64,000 nucleotides of DNA from Macrostomum hystrix (taxonomy: Eukaryota; Animalia; Platyhelminthes). The notes under the pieces are model-generated. The model saw only the letters and a program-made list of their open reading frames with translations. It made no database searches and was not told the origin of the DNA. The number at the start of each line of letters is the position of its first letter. The first letter of the stretch is position 1. Positions 20,673-33,000 of the stretch are shown one piece after another. Made by a program: the position numbers and the translations under genes. The stretch is from positions 5,208,001 through 5,272,000 of the forward strand of contig CATNEN010000002.1 of NCBI GenBank assembly GCA_950097015.1, read 5' to 3'.

Positions 20673-21171
20673 ATGTTGAAGCCAATTTTACCAGCTACAT
20701 GGATTATCATTGGTTTGATGGTAGCGAGTATCTTGGCTTCAAGTTGATCAAGAGTAGCAGGCTCGAACGCACTTTTTTCCATATCGATTTCAGTACATTC
20801 GATCAGGAGCTTGCTCCGCGCCGATAGTTGGAACTCTTAATGTAAAGTATGTTGAGTACAGAAGGCAAAAACCAACAATCTGCAATGTACACTCGTTCAA
20901 CAATCTCTGCGAGCCATTATTTATCATTTCAGCCTCCACGCCTGCCAAGATTCTCGAAAACTTCAAAGCAACTCAGTTGTTTCACGCGCCCCAGAACAAG
21001 CGGCTGGCTATGTTCCGCTTCAATATTCTGGATCTGAGCCCCAGTGACAGTGTCCAGGTGAACATAAAAGTCTATGATGTACGATGTACGAACACTAAGT
21101 CTGTTGATTTTCAAGTCGAAGCTCGAGAATGTTCTGCTATAAAGAAGTCATTGGCTTTACTTGCTGCATGA
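20673..21171 (+). CDS. Notch-ligand-like paralog D: small secreted C2/MNNL-only protein (141 aa)
   Basis: Exon 1 20673-20720 (MLKPILPATWIIIGLM), GT-AG intron, exon 2 20794-21171 open throughout. Ends SVDFQVEARECSAIKKSLALLAA* with no DSL, EGF or TM. Confidence 0.6.
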
Positions 21172-21293
21172 TAAATTTTTATTTGCTTTTCAAGGTAACA
21201 TATTTCAAATGATTTATGTTTCCGCTTCGTAAATTCAAGTTTCTAACTCTGGGACTGCGTAGTCGACTGCGCGGTTGAATCCTAGTTTGCAGG

Positions 21294-21602
21294 ATAATAA
21301 TAATAATAATAATAATTGCAGGAGGGCTGCGGGCAATGACACATAGTTTGGTGACACTAGACCCGCAGCCAGCGAGGAGGCAATTCTGCCCATTTCGCTG
21401 ACTCCTGAGCACACACGCACACAGATACCGTACGCAGGCATACGCTCACACAGGTGTGTACATCTGCCCTGACTTTCTCATCGTCAGGCAGTGTACACTC
21501 GAACTGTGCCTTGGAGGTTGGCCCTCAAGGGCGTAAATTGCACGACAAGCCCCCAAGCCTTCTCTCCGCGGCTGCGCCCCAAATAAATGTGGCCTCGCCG
21601 TG
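21294..21602 (-). mobile_element. tRNA-derived SINE, full-length copy
   Basis: Head has A-box (GTGGCAGAGCGG) and B-box (GTTCGATTCC) like motifs, a shared body, a 3' stem and an (ATT)n tail; matches six other copies. Confidence 0.85.
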
Positions 21603-21974
21603 GAATCGAACTTGGACTGTGGTGCGAGTGGCAAACGCGTTAACCGCTCTGCCACCGACCCCCTTAGTTTGCGGGATGGCGGGATAGACAAGTCTATTCG
21701 ATTGTATCGAAGCTGACTTCAAAGCGTTTGTGTTCGCAGCTCGCAGTTTTGACTTAAGCTTTAATTGTTTTAATTATAAATTAGAAAGTTGAAATTATTT
21801 ATAATTATAAATTAAGGATTGACTTGTGTCAAATAATAATATTTTAAAAAAGTATTCTTAATATGTTCACGTTTTTAATTTAATTTTAATTTTAAATTTT
21901 AAATTTTAATTTTATGTTCACTTTTATTTACATAAAGTGATTAAGTTCTGAAATAAGTCCTTTATTATTATTAC

Positions 21975-22007
<33 letters not shown>

Positions 22008-22429
22008 TATTATTATTAGTATTATTATTATTGTTATTATTATTATTGTTGTTGTTGTTGTTGTTGAAGTGCGCATGCTGATTGGGTGCTCTTTTTTATT
22101 TTATGTTGGCAACAAGGCTCCTGAAAGGAGAATAGCTATTGTGTTTTTGCGCGTTACTATCAAAAATATTAGAAAAGAAAAACTTAAACTATAGTCAAGC
22201 ATTCTATAACTATGGGCCTCATGGCAGTGGCTTTTTTATCTAGCTTTAAGTATGCATTCTATGAAGTCTACAATGCTTTCTGTTAATTATGTGCTTTCCT
22301 GAGTCATTAAATACACAATTTTGTCATTAAATACTCTAAGGCTTTCACAAAGACACGTTATAACATATTCACGCATCAAGGGGCAATATAAAAATGTACA
22401 TTATATTAGAATGAAAGATAATTTAGCAG

Positions 22430-22900
22430 TAACAATAGCAATAGCAATAGATAGCAATAGATAATAGCAATAGCAGTAACAGTAAGAATTACAACTGCCG
22501 AGAGTCCAGACTCAAGCAGAGGCTCAGGCGTCTGGGTGCCATGGTGATTGGGGATTCTTGCGCCAAATGCTTGCCTAATAGATCTAAAGCCTCTTTTAAA
22601 ATTATATTATGCGGTAAACTGCATGCAGTTGCTAGGGATTCCATTAATCTCGACTTTTAAGTGTAACTTTGGAACATCATAATGCATTAGGGCCATATAT
22701 TTTACTAATAGATTTACTTGTCAAGGGCCTTAAGGGTCACCTACGATACGCGTTACTCAAAGTTGCTCTATTGAGCATCATTGAACTGTACTCCCCGAAT
22801 GACCATTGATTGACCAAACTGTAGCCACTAAATCGTCGGAAAATGAATTGGATTGGTGCTTATAGCTATGTTCTGTGAGTTTTTCGACACTTCGTATATC
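22430..22900 (-). mobile_element. Possible degenerate CR1/L2-type LINE 3' end with (CTATTG)n tail
   Basis: Weak NGIPSNC...FKRGF similarity to the CR1 C-terminal WN.LP...FK motif, followed by a simple-repeat tail. Confidence 0.25.
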
Positions 22901-23253
22901 ATGGTTGAAATACTGGTCTAACAAACCAACAAACCTTACAGATTTAGTATTGTGCGATAATCAGGAATTCTATAAAGTGTAGAATTCCGTTTAAGAATAA
23001 ATGCGATTTGACGCAAATAAATATACACGAAAAAAATCGATTATACATTGCGTCAACAAAAAGAAAAATAAATGTAGCTGACTTTCTGGCCTGAACTTTG
23101 TTTAACTGCCTATTTATTTATAAATCACGACGCGAATAAATATTTCAAAATAGTTTTATACCATACATGCCGTGTTTAACTACCGAACTTTCAAGCTACA
23201 AAGAAACTTGCTGAAACATTCACATAACGTGCGTTGCTGCACTGCTTCATCGC

Positions 23254-25657
23254 ATGGCGCACGCTAGACTGCGTCGACATTGCTTCTCTACATTATTTCA
23301 CATGGTAACAATCAAATCAAATTTCACCATTTGATAGCCACTGATCTTTCTTTTCACTTTCTAAGAAAATAGTTCAATATCTCCAATGCAAAAATAGACA
23401 TAAGTACTTCTAACATAAAAGGCCAAATCCGTTGCAGCTGGTCTGTCTCAGCTCAGCCTCATCAGTCTCTGGAGCAGTCTCTGAAACATACTCTGGAGCA
23501 GTCTATGTGAATTTCGATTCGTACAGCCAGCGGGATCCTGGCGTATGCGACTCGGGTTGGTTTGTAACAGACCACTGCGATCCCTACTTCACAATTTCTG
23601 TGTCGATACGGTCGAAGAGTCTCGGATCATTCACGTCAACTGAATACGACAATGCGAATAAAGTGATCCATTTCGGAAATAAAATAGGCCAGCTCTCCAA
23701 CCCACTCGCTTTTCCATTCACCAACTCAGCACTGAGTCCGACTGACAGTCTCCAAGTGTCCGTTACAGTCACAGATAAAAACCCTGGCGGTGACAGCCTA
23801 ATGTGTGTACTGTCGAAGTCTCTCAGCGTTCAGCCCATGACTCTGTTTCCAAACAACACAGTGAGCAGAAGCTGGACTCCGCAGAGCTTTGAAATGAGCA
23901 GTTCGGACCACACTCTGAGATTTGAAGTTTGGATCACCTGCCAACCAAACTATTACCAGGCGGGCTGCTCCGTGCACTGCGATCCGAGTCGATTCGCATG
24001 CAGCCGAGACGGCTCGAGAGTGTGCCCTGAGGGGTTCAGGCCTCTTGGTGACACGTGCATTTCCACAGACAAGTGCATGGAGCGAGGCCCTGACTTCTGC
24101 CAGAATGGTGGAAAGTGCGAAGTGAACCTGCAGTCACAGCCGGTCTGCCAGTGTCCCATGAACTTCACCGGATCTCGTTGCGAGCTGCACACTCATCCGT
24201 GCCATCGCAATGCCACGTTGTGCATCCATGGAGCCTGCCACAAATCCGACAGTAACGGAACTTCTGAGTGCGTGTGCGAGAAGGGATTCTTGGGATATCA
24301 TTGCGATGAGGATGTGGACGAGTGTCGATTGGTCAATGGGCTCTGCGGGCACGATGGTGAATGCGTGAACTCCGTTGGCAGCTTCAGGTGCGTCTGTAAA
24401 GACGGCATTACAGGTGCTCTTTGCCAGTTTCAACTGCACACACCTCATAGCATAGTGAGTCCTGGTGGTGTGGCCACGCCGCGTTCAGAGCCGCCTTCAT
24501 CTCTGACGGAGAGAGTGAGTGTTTTTTGGTTGACCGTGTTGGTTCAAGGCATTAGTTGCATTTTGCCATGTGAAATTAGATAAATGACTTCTATTTGCAG
24601 CTCACTTTGCCGATATTAATGCTGGCAGTCCTAATGATAGTCGTGTGCGCTCTGACTGGCATTGTGGCTGGTATCATGATTTATAATCGGAAACGGTCTT
24701 CCGGAATCGCGTTTTACCAACCGAATTCGTGAGTTGTTTTTAAGCATTTAAAAATGGAAAAATTTGCCTACATGGATTGGCGATAGCGTTTTTAAATAGA
24801 CTCATGGGTTTCTCCTTTTCATAAACTTCAATAAATGTGTTTCAATAAAACGTGACAGCAGAAGCGCAGCCAGCGAGGAGCCAATCTTGCCCATTCTGCT
24901 GAATCCTGAGGACACACGCACACTGATGCTGTACGCAGGCACACTGCCTTGGACGTAAGGCCCACAAGCGCGCAAATTGCACGATGAGCCCTAAGCCCCT
25001 TCTCTCAAAAGGCTGCGCCCTAAATTAATATGGCCCCGTTGCGGAATCGAGCTCTGGGACCTTGTTACGAGAGAAGCTAACGCGTTATATAGACTGCTCT
25101 GCCACAACAATAGTCTAGAGCAGGGGTCGGCAAACTTTTTAGCGAGCGGGCCAAAGAGAGAACCTATAGGACGACAGCGGGCCGTATTAACTGTAGGAAT
25201 ATGAGAAAGGGGAGAGATGAGACACAGGATAGATGAGAAATGGGAGAGATGAGAAATGGGAGAGATGAGACTCCGGATAGACGAGACAGGGGAGGATTGA
25301 GCCAGAGATGAGAATAGATAAGACTGGAGAGACGGGAGACACGGCAGAGATGAGACAGGGGAGAGATAATTAGACACAGGACAGATAAGACACTATAGAG
25401 AGATGAGACAGGATACTATAGGTGGTGTAAGGGGCAACGGGCCAGATTTAGGGGCTTCGAGGGCCGCATCTGGCCCGCGGGCCGGAGTTTGCCGACCCCT
25501 GGTCTAGAGGTATCCTACGTCCGATTCCAGGTCACTGCACACCGTGACACTACAGGAGACTCTACCGAATGAAGATTGCGTTGAAAGCACATACTACGAA
25601 GAAGTGGATGACGGTCCCGTTGCGGCAGCTGAGCAGAACTCATCATTGGTTGCTTAA
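23254..25657 (+). CDS. Notch-ligand-like paralog B (Delta-like): signal peptide, C2/MNNL, DSL, 3 EGF (last is Ca-binding), TM, tail (about 460 aa)
   Basis: Exons 23254-23304, 23438-24514, 24601-24728 and 25531-25657, phases 0/0/2 as in paralog A. DEDVDEC calcium-EGF motif. TM LPILMLAVLMIVVCALTGIVAGIMIY. Ends NSSLVA*. Confidence 0.85.
24856..25105 (-). mobile_element. SINE copy, internally deleted
   Basis: Shares head (GCGGAATCGAGCTC) and body with the other copies. Confidence 0.75.
25121..25501. mobile_element. hAT (Charlie-like) MITE
   Basis: TIRs CAGGGGTCGGCAAACT / AGTTTGCCGACCCCTG; 8-bp TSD GTCTAGAG at 25113-25120 and 25502-25509; purine-rich GAGATGAGA interior. Confidence 0.93.
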
Positions 25658-27049
25658 AGTATTGCAGGTAATTTTTCGAGCGCCGCCTACCACGGAGCTC
25701 AACCGGAGCTGGCGCAGCTGACGCTGAAGTCGCGCAGCTTTTCTAAGAAAAGCAGTCAGGCTGAACAGCAAATTCCGTCGAACAGCAAACACTTGAACAG
25801 ACCCTCATAGACGTCAATTTCTCGACGTGAATCAGATCAAATGAACTCGGATACGGTGTCAGAGCTGCATGACTTGAGGTCAGGGAGAAAAGAAATTACA
25901 AACTAGATTGTATAATTGGTAACTTAATTTTTCTTTTATCATGCGTTGTTTCGTAAAAGGTAGGTAGATCATATTTACAGGTTCACATCTAAAGCCCATC
26001 AGTTTTCCATTAAACTGTGATTAGAGCATGTTAAAATGCATGATATTTTCTTTAAACCATATTTTAGATTGTTATCCGCAATTTGTGAAATGTGGCCCCT
26101 TAACTAACTCCCCCACCCCCATTTGAATAGCGATGTGGCACACAGCTCTTGGCTGGTGTGGCTTCAGCTAAATCTGTTTATTCCATTTCCGTTCTGTGCT
26201 GGGCCTATATAGCTCTGAAATGAGCTCTGAAATGAGCTGTTTCAGAGCTATATTTCTACTGGCTTCATGAATATTGTTTGTGCAGCATATTTGTCGCGTC
26301 TGAATGATCAACTGAAGATATGAAAATTTAGCTAGCTTTTATATTTCTCACAACTGTCGTTTACACTACATATGATTCTAATTGTGTTAGTTTAATTGAC
26401 GAACGCCGAAATCAAAATCTACAAGCATTGTAACTTTTCTATTTATCTACTTAATGCTGCCTTGCCACACTCATTATACATGTACGCAAAATTAGCATGT
26501 GAATACAAAATTACAATATTGAGCGACATAATGCAGTGTTGACTCAGTCCATATGCCAATTATATCTAACTGCCGCAATTTATGAATATTAATCTTTGTG
26601 CATATTTGTTAAGATCTGAATCCAAAAATATTCTGTCTTTGCTTCCTTACAAAAACTGCATAACCTCAGGATGAGATTTTCTTGTGAAAGTGCAAGCAGA
26701 CTTGAAGGCTTTAGAGAACAATAGTAAACTGCTTTCTGTTCGTAGCAGCAGACGTTATTTAGCATTTTCGACTCCATTCGATATTAGCAAAACCTTTAAT
26801 AGCTTTATAACTTTCATATACGCTTGAAAAATAGGCTAATTTAGTTTTTTAGTTAACAGCTTGTTGCTTGCGAAATGGTTTCGAAGCCTCGATTGAACGG
26901 AAAAAGAAGTTGGTTAATCCTGAAAGCAGCAATTAAACAGCACAGATTAATCTCACATAGAAATTATCAGACGAAAAGTTTTAAATAAGCATGAAGGCGT
27001 ACAGAAGGTCGCGCGTACGGAAGCGATCACAAGAAACAATCGTGGTAGT

Positions 27050-30000
27050 CTACTGGTACTGAAGTGCGACGCACATGTTCTCGTACTTATTGTACAGGGC
27101 CATCATGAAGCCAACAAGGCCCAATGCGAACGGTATGATGATAGCGGACATTGTGGTGAACAGCCACCAGTAGCCCTCGATGCCAAGATAGTTGTAGGTT
27201 TTGTACAAGCCGTAGGAATTGCAGTAGCCTAGACTCTTGACGCTGAACTGCGAGTAGACATTGTCAAGATTGTTAGCGACGCCCAGACCGAGGGTGGCTT
27301 GAGCATCTCGCAGGGTGAGTATCTGGGCCTCGGAGCCCGCCACAGCGAAGCACACGTCGGCAGCGTTCTGCTCGGCGCCGGCGGATGTGGTGGCGTGCAA
27401 CGACACGCGTTGGAAGGTGAGGGTCAGGCCAGTGGAGCGCACCTGATATTGTTCATGTGGGACATTCAAGAATTCAAACAAGGAAAAAGGTTATCGACTA
27501 TTGTAAGATAATAGAATTAATTTACATAAATAAATGTTATAATCAACATACTGCCCCACAATGGACATCTTCAGGGCTAACTTTATAATTTTTAAAAACC
27601 TAAGTTAGTAAAACAATTCAATCAAAAAGTTGTAATATAGGAGTCTGTTAACAGAATTCGAGAAACATAAGTTTGGGTGAAAAGGCGTGGTAGATATCAA
27701 AACGGTGCTGTCAGGCTATTTGAGCAAGCTAGAACAGTTGAAGCTGACGGCTTGCACTCCCATGGTGAGCTGATTGTTAAGACTAGGTTGTTGTGATTTA
27801 ATGTAAATTGCCTCAAATGGGCTAAGTTTGTTGTCATTCCTACAGAATTGTATAGTTCTGACCATTTCGTGTGCTTCAGCGTCGCAGCAGCTTTTGCAGG
27901 TGAGCAGCATATGCTCATTGATGGCAGAGTTCTCTAGCCAGTGCTCTCTAATCCTCGTTTATAAAGGTGTCGTTTTGTCTTTCCTATATAGGAAATTTTC
28001 TGGTTAATTTTAATCTGGTTAATTAAACTTGTTTACAACACCTGCAGCGAGAGTTGGAGGCACACTGGATTTCACAGTGCTCACAAACTCAGCGATTTTA
28101 TCGGTAGCTAGATAGAAGGACACTCAGGTTGACACACTTTCAACTTATTCGGTTTGTGGGTTGAGCACATTACTTTTGAGCGTTGAGCAAAGCTCAAAAC
28201 CGTAGTTCATTCCTGAACCATTCGTTTAAACGACGCGGGGAAGAACGAGATGGTGGCAGGGCAGATTTGAAACAATTGCTGAGAAACAGACAGAACTATG
28301 AACTGGTGGAAAATGAGGTTGACAATATAACAATTTGGGTTTTCTATCGTTTCAATTCACTCTCTCGCTCGCTTGCCCTGTTAACCAAAGTTTATGTAAC
28401 TGACAGCTGCATTACAATAATAATAATTAATAATAACTATTATTGCAGGAGGGCTGTGGGCAATGGTACATCATTTAGTGACACTAGACCCGCAGCCAGC
28501 GAGAAGGCAATTCTGCCCATTTCGCCGACTCCTTAGCACACGCGCACACAGATACTGTACGCAGACACACTCACACAGGTGTGTACATCTGCCCTGAATT
28601 ACAAATCGTCAGACAGTGTACACTTTCACTGTGCCTTGGGGGTTGGAACCAAGGGCGTGAATTGCACGAAAAGTCCCAAGCCTTCGCTCCGTCCGGCGAC
28701 TGCGCCCCAAATAAATGTGGCCTCGCTGCGGATTCGAGCCCAGGGACATTGGTGCGAGAGGGAAACGCGTTAACCGTTCTTCGAACGACTTCCTAGGCCA
28801 ACTATGAAGCTTAAATTTGTTTTGGTCGTGGTGAAAACCGAATTGGACTAACCATCGCGGTAACATTGTCGATCAATTGCCTGGCAATGGTCAGTGCCTG
28901 GGCCGGGCTCATGGCAACCACGTAGCGCAGCCGATTCTCCTCTCCAAGGATGTTCACGCGAACGCTCACGCTGGCATTTCGGGACTGCCTGTCAGTGACC
29001 AGCACATCGAGGGTGAATGTGCCGCCAATGTAGGAGGCGTAGTTGAGGAAGCCGCTGCGAAGGATGCCAGTGTCGGCCTCGAGGCGAAAAGCGCCATCGG
29101 CGGGCGAGTTGACTTTTGTCCGGTCGGCTGATGTGTACAAACTTGATCTTATTGAGAAGACGTGGTTCCAGTTGATTGGCAGGTCTGGGTCCGTCGCGGC
29201 TACTGTTGTTACCTGTTGAATGTGTTTTTAATCAATTTGCGTAGTTAAGCCAAGTAAATTCTTAGATCATTAGTTTCCATGCACTAAGTTAATTCGTTAT
29301 ATGGTTCTACGTTCTGTGCAGTCGAACGTACTAATAATTTTTACACAAGCCTCAATTGGGCCAGATGAGCAACTGGCAGCACAGCCGCAGCCCGGCGAGG
29401 CTGCGTACGGCTGTTCAGTCCATGGACTGAGGGGAATGCAACATCCACCTTCAATCACTCCGTTGTATGAAAGATGAAAAGTCTCCACAAAGAAGGGCAG
29501 AGAGTCCAACATAAGAGATTAGAAATCGAAGAATGTGAATCGAGCTCACTGAGAGAAGGCTGTTAAGGCCAAACAATTGCTCCTTGTCTTCTTCTGCTGA
29601 AGACAGCGAGAAGCATTTTGAAAATGAGCAAAAAGTGCTTCAGTTGGTTCGGCAGTTACTTAATAGGAAGTTTAGGGTCGCTGCTGCGAGGCTACATAGA
29701 TTCGAGACAGATTTTGATGGGTTCAACGCAAATGCACGGTGAGAAAGAACGCTGCCTGAGAACTATGTCTGTGTCCGTGTGTGTGCTCAGGGGGGGCAGA
29801 ATTGCCTCCTGATTAGTTTGATGGGCTGCGCAAAATGAAAAGGCTGAATGAAAATCTTACCTGAGAGTTGTAAATTGCATCCGATGATAAGTAGGCCACC
29901 TGGACAGGCGACACCACTGTCGGCCCATTGTCGTTCTCGTCCTGGATACTGACCAGCACCATCAGCTGCGACTGGTTGGCTGGCAATACGCTACCAGGTG

Positions 30001-33000
30001 CCACCACGGGCAACGTCGAATTTGCCATCAGGCACAGAAGGTATTCGCTGCGGGCCTCTCTATCTGTCGGCTTCACGACGCTGAGCACGCCGGTGTCGCG
30101 GCCCACCGCAAAGTAGCCGTCCTCGTTGCCGCAGGTGATCTGGTAGGTGAGGCCATTGTTCGGACTGATGTCCGCGTCGCAGGCTTTGAAAGTGTTGATC
30201 TCCCGATTGTAGACATTTTCAGATACCACCACCTGCACTGGCTGCGCGTTGTACTGAAAGCCGAATGTGAGGAAGAGATAATAAGCTTCACATGATTACT
30301 TTGTCATTTCCATTATTCCAAAGCTATTTTTAGATTGTTTGTACGATGGCTGACTTTGTATCTAAATGTACATGCGTGCTTAGATGTACAATCGCTTAAG
30401 TGTACAGTGCCAAGTCAAATATAAGTGATCTCTTAGTCATCAAGACTAAGAGCAAGACTTAGACTTTGCCCAAGCACCAAGGTATTAAGTACGAAGTACC
30501 AAGTTAAATTTAGTACCTGAGCATCGAGTACCACGTACTAAGGTATAAAGTAGCAAGTACTAAATACCAAAAACCAAGTACTAAGGTATTTTGTCGACCA
30601 AACTCAGTTGGTTAGTAGGAACCGTTTCAGAGCCAAATATGCATCCAAGTGCTTATCTACTGAACAAATGAACGTACAGTACACCATGTGAAAGGGCAAA
30701 ATTTGTAATGAAAATGGCGACATAGTTATAAAAAATGCTAAATATTTAGGGCATAACGCAGTATGTATAACTACACAACAGTGCCCCTAAACACAACCGA
30801 GGTCATCACAAATTACCCAGCCCCAAATAGCAAGTCGAGGACTACAAAGTACGAAGAAGAGCCAATCGCTATCCGACACTCACCAGCAGGTTGCAGGCAG
30901 CGAATACGGGCGGATTGTCGTTGATGTCCGTCAGGGCGATGAAAAACAACGCCGGGGCCAGAGTCTCCAACCCAATGGCGTCTCGCACCGAAGCGATCAG
31001 TTGATAAGTCGCCTGGGCCTCCCGATCCAGACGGACGGCATTGCTGACCCAGCCGCTGCTGGCGTTGATTGAGAACTTGGCGGCGTCAATGCCACCGAGC
31101 AGGAAGGTCATGTTAGGGCCGGACAAGTCGGGGTCTCGAGCGGTCACCTGGAATTCAGCGGTTAAATGCTGTGAGTCATATCTCACGAATTGGTAGATAT
31201 GCCTAAGTACCACTATGCGTAGGACGGGAAAACACGCTTCTTAAAAAATTGTAGTTTGCAGGTTACGGAGATTAAAAATTTTCAATTTTTCTGAGTTTGA
31301 TTGGAGGCAAATCAAAGGCTCATATTTTGATATTGGCAATATTTTAGGTGTGTCGATCCAAACAAGAGCAGTCGACTTCTTCCAATAAGAAAATATCAGC
31401 ATTTCAATGTGAAGAAAGTGAAAATTTCAAATCTCCATAGTTTATTTGTTTATTTTTAGGCGAAAACCAGCATCCTGAACTTTTTTAGGAAAAGTAGTTT
31501 TCCATCCTTTTACTCCTCGAGTTAGACAATCATGGCAAGTGGCAGTGCTTAACGAGTTCGCCTCTCGGACTAATGGACCTGAGCTCGATTCCTTGGCGAG
31601 GCCACATTTATTTGGGGCGCAGCCGCGGAGAAAAGGCTCGGAACCTTTTCGTGCAATTTACGCCCTTGCGTGCCAAACTCCAAGGCACAGTCAAGTGCAC
31701 ACTGCCTGACGATGAGAAAGTCAGGGCTTACTTAATTGGGGGCCTGGGGCACTTGACGCACAAGCGCAGGAACGGCATGCCCCCAGACCGGCGAACTAGG
31801 CAGGAGTCGCCCATCGCGCCATCTGGACCCCTGGACTCAGGCACCTCACACACAGCAGCAAGCCAAGCGGGGAAGGCGGCGGCAGCCGGAGTGCCTCTCA
31901 CCCCAGGCCCGCACACGCACAGAGCTGACCAAACCAGGGGAGGACTTAGATGCCTGAAGGGTAGGGACGAGAGGACCAAGCCACACGCGCAGACGGCTGG
32001 TGAAACCTCGCCGCTCAGAGCACGTATGGCTGGTGCACACCCGCCCCACCCCCCATACAACGCCTCACACCCGGCCCAACGCACAAACACAAACACAAAC
32101 AAGCAGACACGCAGAAGGCAGGGGTTAAGCTATTTTAAATTAGCTTTGGTTGCACAGAATAAGGTGCATCTCCGCAAGTCACTACTTCGCAAACCTCCAA
32201 CTAAGCCCCGAAATAATCGTGACTTGGAGGGAGTAACGAACCAGCGACCATTGGAAAGTGAGGCAGCGACATTAGCCGCTGACCCACTCACCCCCTTGAA
32301 AGTCAGGGCAGATGTACACACCTGTGTGAGCATGTGCCTGCATACAGTATCTGTATGCGTGTGTGCTCAGGAGTCAGCGAAATGGTCAGAATCGCCTTCT
32401 CGCTGGCTGTGGGTCAATTGTCACTAAATGATGTGCATAGCCCGCGGCCCTCCTGCAATTACTCGTATTATTTTTTATCGTGGCAACTGTACCATTACAC
32501 GTGCAGCCTGAGTGCATTTGTGCATTGTGGGTTTTTTACTTTTGGGAAAGGGTGGAATTTGCAGACCACTTTGGGACGATTTAGTCAAATACATTACGCT
32601 TAGCCATCGCGATGATTGCGTTTTGCATGAGTGCATGACCAGTTTCCGAGCTAATTATCAGAACAAAACGGCTCGCACCTGCAGTATCCGGGTGCCAAGT
32701 GGTGCTTCTTCCACCGTGCTGTAGCTTCTGCCATCCAGGGGGTAGGTGACCACCGGATTGCCGCGGGTCTCAGTGACAGATCGCACAGTGACTGTCAGCG
32801 GCTTCATGCTGCTCTGCGGCGGAGTTCCACCGTCTGTGGCGATGATGCTAATCTTGTAGACGCCCGGCGGCTTGCCCTGAAGGCTGATGGCAACTCGGAG
32901 GTCACCGGTGGTCGGGTTTAAGTCGAAGTAGCCTAACTCATTACCCGCTCTGATGGCAAAGCCGACGATTCCGTTGACTCCAGCATCCGGGTCGGATGCG

